Below, one piece after another: positions 58,718 to 64,000 of a stretch of 64,000 bases of DNA. A model generated the notes under the pieces. That model did not search any database. It had not been told where the DNA came from and saw nothing but the letters and a program-made list of their open reading frames with translations. The translations under genes were made by a program, and so were the position numbers. The stretch covers positions 257,920,001 through 257,984,000 of the forward strand of contig OZ024740.1 in assembly GCA_964016885.1 (NCBI GenBank), read 5' to 3'. The DNA comes from Eledone cirrhosa (lineage: Eukaryota). The number at the start of each line of letters is the position of its first letter. Position 1 is the stretch's first letter.

Positions 58718-59332
58718 TTCGCTCTCTCTTTCTGTGCGCATATACAAATATATGTGTGTGTATGTGTGTGTGGTGTTATTTTCTGTTTCTGCATGTGTGT
58801 GTGTGTGTCGCATTATTCTCAGATCATATGTGAGTGCACGCATGCATTTGTATGTGTGTTTATAATTGCGGCATTATTCTCTGTGTGTATGTGTTAGTGT
58901 CTATGTTTGTATGTATGAGTGTGGACGTGTGTTTGTGTGTGGCGTTATCTGCCATTATTTCCTCGACAGAATGACTCCGCCTGTTTTTCACATAAGATTC
59001 CTTCCAAAAATTTGTTCAAGGAAAAATGAAATTTTCAGTTGGCGGAGTTGGCTGGTAATTGCGGTGGTTTTTGTTATTGGCTTTTGTGTTTCAATATCAC
59101 TTATGGGTTTCGTCGACAATTTCTCTCGAAGATTTTGTTTAGGATTATGTTTAACCCTTTTCATTCCAAACCGTCTGAAACTGCCCCTGATTGCATTTGT
59201 AAAGTTAGATACGGAACACCCACTTGATAATAAGAATAGTGATTATATTACTAAATCCTTCCTTAATACTTGAAAATTTGGGAAATTATTTGAAAATCAT
59301 AGCCACGGATTTCATTAGTGATATGGTAAAAA

Positions 59333-59661
59333 AGGGTAAAGGGCCCCTTTGGTCACGAATGACCACGGGATTTGCAATTAGAAAGTTCCTATCTGAGACA
59401 CAAGTCTGGGCAAAATTGTTTGTTGAAGACCAGCAGTCACACATGCATACCAGCCTCCCCTCTCCATGACCCAGATTTTATCTAAGGAAAAGGCAAAGGC
59501 TGATACAGCTTGGCTCCAGTGACTTCGCATTCATTTCTGCAGCTGAGAACAACGAGAAATAAACTGTCTTGCTCAAGGACACAATGGATCACCCGGTCCG
59601 AGAATCGAACTCAAAACCTCATGATTGCCAGCCCAACGCTCTAACCACTAAGCCATGCGCC
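59333..59661 (-). mobile_element. tRNA-derived CORE-like SINE
   Basis: ggcgcatggcttagtggttagagcg (A-box), gagttcgattctc (B-box) and gtgtccttgagcaagaca core. Confidence 0.75.
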
Positions 59662-60350
59662 TCTGAGATATGGCTAGGAAAATGTGGGGAATGAGAGCGG
59701 GTATTTGAAATGTATTCATTGCTGCTTTTATTGTCATTATTTTGTTATCAATTTACTTATTTGTTAATTTTTTTAGTAATATTTGTAGTGATATTTGTTT
59801 GTGAATGACAAAACTTTGATTGATAATAGTGGATGGATAGTTAGAGAGCGTGATGTCGTATTTCAAAGAGACGACTGGTAGCATAGATAGATGGAATATA
59901 CAAATAGAATGAGAGGATGTGAAAGAGAGAGAAAGATAGAGAGAGAGAGAGATAAGGAGACAGAGAAAGATAGGGAAATAAAGAGAGAGAAAGGGAGAGA
60001 GAGATAAGTAATAGAATAGTACTCATAAAGAGTGTATCGGTTGTTCGATTAACATATACGCGTAAGTGCCTGAGCATTATATACGCGTAAATGCCTGAGC
60101 ATTACACAATCACGTGTAACTTTAGCATACATTTTCAGCTTAACAAATAGATAACTATGAAGTAATTCACAGTCTTAAAAATAACACTAGGACGGGTGGT
60201 GCACCAGCATTGCCGTTCAACCAGTAAGTGAATGATGGGTCTTGAACCCCTTATTAAACCGTAGGTTGTTGTAATTGTGCTCATATCTTTTCGGGTCAGA
60301 ACATGAACAATTTTTTCCAGAGACAGGATGAAGGAGAATGAGAAAAAGAA

Positions 60351-60385
<35 letters not shown>

Positions 60386-62274
60386 GAGGGAGAGAGGGGG
60401 AGAGAGAGAGAAAGAGAGAGAGTGAGAAACAAATGGACTGGTATTTTGTTTATCGACCTCGAAAAAATGAAAGACGAAGTTGAATTTGGTGGGATTTGAA
60501 CTCATACCTAAAAGCATTCGACTCGAAATTTTAACGACTTTGCCAATTCGTCATCTTTAGTATTGTATGTATGTATGTATGGTCCCGCAACCCCTGATGG
60601 AGCCGTAGGGGCGCCGTAAAGGCTAACGGCATTTCTAGGACACTTTCTACTTGGTGGAGCCCATTTTTCTCCAGGTCAGAACACGATAGATTCCTTCCAG
60701 AAAAGGATAGAAAGTAAGAGTGGAAGTGAGAAAGAGATATAGAGAAGGAATCGACCCCAGTAGTGGACTGGTACCTTTTCATCGACCTCGAAAGGATGAA
60801 AGGCAAATTTGGCCATGGTGATATTTGAACTCAGAAAGTTGAAGGCCCGGAAGGAATACCGCAAAGCTATCTATCTGATGTTTTAACAACTCTGTCAATT
60901 CGCCGCCTTTCTCCTTTAGTAAAAGAATAAAAAAAATTAAATAAAACAACAATTTTTTTTTATATTTCTAAACATAATACTGTATAATTACTACAGATTA
61001 TTTACTGTAATACAGAATGCCTTTAGTTAACTCAACAGAACCACATAAATCCTTGAAATCGATCGATCGATGGTGATGTAGAACTGGGGGAGGGTTATAC
61101 CTTAAATGTTACTCAGACCACTTTGTGTAAGAATACAATTGGGATTACAGTAAATAAGCGTTGTTGACTGGAACAACCATAATCCTTAAGTTGTTACTTC
61201 CTTTACAACAGCCTGACCTGCCGCTCAGTAAGCTTGTCATGTCAATTATGTATTGAAATCTAGAAATACATAAATGAGTGAGTTAACGGACGAATCCTTG
61301 GATAAAGTGTACGCAGGCTCACAATATGTTGTCGTTGTTAGTGCTGATGCTGATGTTGAAGCTAACATCTTAGTTGTATATTAAAGATTCCGTTGTTGCT
61401 GCTGCTGTTGGTGTCGTCTGCTCAGATGAGATTTATAAAGTCGAGCTGTTTGTCAAGAAAATAATGGTCTCTGACAGTTTATTCATCAAATGAGTGATCT
61501 TGGAGAAATCTAGAGTTGATCTGAAAACTGGCTTAAATGGCTTGTGAACTAAAATGGCGACTAAGAATTGTTTTCTAAATGAGGTGAGTGGTAATGGGAT
61601 GGTGATACCGTCATATATATATTCAATGCACACTACATGTCGTTGATGTTATTGTTGTATAGCCCAAGGTCAGTTGTGATCGAGCATTCTCAATGGTATG
61701 ATGTTTTATTAAGCATCCTGTCAAACAAAATAGCCGAGCAACGTTTAGCAGTGAGTCACTGAGTTAAACACTATTGCACGACAGGAATAGTAGATTTACA
61801 ACAATTCTTTGTGTGTTGAATTATCATTTCACTTTCTTCTACTATCGGATATTGGACTACGATCAAGCTGGAACCTATCATTCAACGGTTTTACTGAATT
61901 ATATTACCACAGTATGTGGCAAATTCTCACAGTCGTTAGAACGTTGGATAGAATGCTTTGTGATATTCGTTCCGGCTTTCTGCTCTCTGAATTCAAATCG
62001 CGTTGAGGTCAACTTTATCCATTTGAGGTTAATAAAAAAAGTACTGGGGTCGATTCTTCCTCTATATCTCTTTTTCACTTCTATTCTCTCACTCTATCCT
62101 TCTCTGGAAGAAATCTACTGTATTCAGACCTGAAGAGGATTGGACCCCGCCATGTTTCAAGATGCCCTAGAAACGTAGAATCAATTACTCGCTATATCGT
62201 CTACGGTGAAGATGCATCGCTTAGTGGTCACGATCGCAACTGATCCGGTTGGATATCCAAACGTGACCAGCCAA

Positions 62275-62775
62275 GCTCATGGGTGTTATTCAAACATCTT
62301 GCTCGGGGTATACTCATGGGTCACTTACTGGCTCGTTTCGCCCGTAAAATCTGTCCATTTGAAACACATGCCATAGTATCGGAGTTGTGATCTCTCAATT
62401 CAGAGAATTTTCGGCTCTACCCGGAGTCACTCTCTGATCTCTAAGCTACGCACTTTATCGAATAACATTACTCCAAAGACACTTCGGAGGAACCCCATTT
62501 CGGCCGCTTGTATTCGTGATCGTATTCTTTCGGTCATTACCCAAGATTCATGGCTATAGGTAAGGGTTGGCACGAAAACCGAATTCAAGACAGCGAGTTT
62601 GGCTTATACACCTACCACCCTTTTTCTGATTACCGAATGTTGAAGCTGGCGCATTACTGCACCAGGTAAGGCAATTCTTGCACGTAATTCAGCCTCCTGC
62701 CTTCCATCACTCGTGAACACGGCTCCGCGGTACTTGAACTTCTCTGCCTGTTTCGGTGAAACTCCATTCACATGT
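62275..62775 (-). mobile_element. RTE-clade LINE C-terminal fragment
   Basis: Translates as EKFKY.G.VFTSDGR...PTLTYSHESW...IQAAEMGFLR. Confidence 0.8.
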
Positions 62776-63350
62776 AGCGAAGGTAATATAATGAAAAAAA
62801 ATATACATTCAAATTATTTATTAACTCAACTCTAAAATATCATTACAAGCCACCGATATTTTTATTCGTGTGTATTACATCGACAAAATTGAGAAGATGA
62901 AGCTATGTGTCAACAGACGAAGTGTTCGTTTTCTCAATTCCAATTGAATGATTGGCACAGTTTCTAAAATATTTTGATAAGCAAACAAATTTCGATGTTT
63001 ATATAAATATGTTGGTTTATATAGAGCCATTCTGCTTCAATCCTACAATCGTTCTGATAATCGACAATGTGAAACAGGGCAAAGATTCAAGAAGCTTCAC
63101 ATTCTAATGCTACACACACACACATACACTCGTATACGTATTATATACAAACACGTTTTTTTCCCCTTTCACATAGACGCACTCGATCACCACCTTTTAA
63201 AACATGTTTATCTTACACAGAACACCAGCATCAACAATTTTCATACAGATGGTGACATGAATAGACTTGTTATTTTTCTCTATTTTTTTTCCTCTCCGCC
63301 TCTGCCCGTCACCTAATTTTTTTTTATTTTTCCTGTAATTTCTAATTCTA

Positions 63351-63386
63351 TTTTCTGATGAAGAATTAGCGTCCGAAACGTTAAGA
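63351..63386 (+). ncRNA. Minimal hammerhead (6561 family), degenerate stem II
   Basis: CUGAUGA-AGAAU-uagc-GUCC-GAAAC-GUU-AAGA. Confidence 0.55.
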
Positions 63387-63472
63387 CAGTTTTCTTACTA
63401 TATCAAGCGTAAATTTAATAATATATTTCTTCATTGTACTGTGTCGTTTGCTTTGTTATTTCTGTTTGCTTT

Positions 63473-63512
<40 letters not shown>

Positions 63513-64000
63513 TCCAGAATATGCTGATTATGGACTTATTATTAATAGATAAACAGCGGATTCCCTGTAAAATTCAAAAGCATAGACGTAGATGTTTCTA
63601 TTACAGCAGATATTTGTGTGTTAAACAAAATACTGGCCGGTAGAATTGAAAAATTTTATTTTAAAACTTGAATAAGTTAAACTGTCGAAGCAATGAATAC
63701 ACTGTTTTCGTGGCTAAGGCTTCCGTTGCCCTACAATTCATCTTATATGTGTGTTCCAAATGAATTTGTTGCGCAAAATGCCAGCAATGAGAATGATATC
63801 CTTGTATATCGATCTATCTAAACACATATATAAATATGTGTGTGGGGGGGGGGGGTATCTGCACCAAGCATCCGAGAAACGTAAGTAATGTTTGATATGC
63901 AGTCAAATCAGCTTTAAGTGATATTTCGCTATCACATGCATAATATATGCATTCTGCTGCTTACAAGCATAAAATACTCAGATATAAGTATAATCGATAT

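Noticed and set aside
59590-59661. tRNA gene
   Set aside because: The A/B boxes run into a SINE core and tail with no proper acceptor stem

Overview
AT-rich, microsatellite-saturated eukaryotic DNA. The SINE families and repeat landscape suggest an octopus or related cephalopod (inference). No intact protein-coding gene is visible, and almost all ORFs in the track are microsatellite artefacts. Recognisable coding relics are three dissimilar Penelope-like element (PLE) fragments, a decayed L1/Tx1-type ORF2 and RTE 3' fragments. Non-coding repeats include tRNA-derived SINEs and non-autonomous Helitrons. The dominant hidden signal is RNA structure: more than 30 hammerhead ribozyme (HHR) motifs in about 10 families of short non-coding elements inserted into (TA)n tracts, often as partial tandems or fold-backs whose junctions fall at the predicted cleavage site (retrozyme/PLE pseudo-LTR behaviour). 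Two things stand out. (1) An 8 x 591-bp array of apparently identical units each carries a U3-A8 variant HHR, consistent with rolling-circle reverse transcription of a circular RNA. (2) A family whose hammerhead core is in non-circularly permuted order, with stem I formed as a pseudoknot and a canonical kink-turn in the extended stem III, supported by compensatory changes between two divergent copies. All structures were read by eye and no activity is demonstrated.
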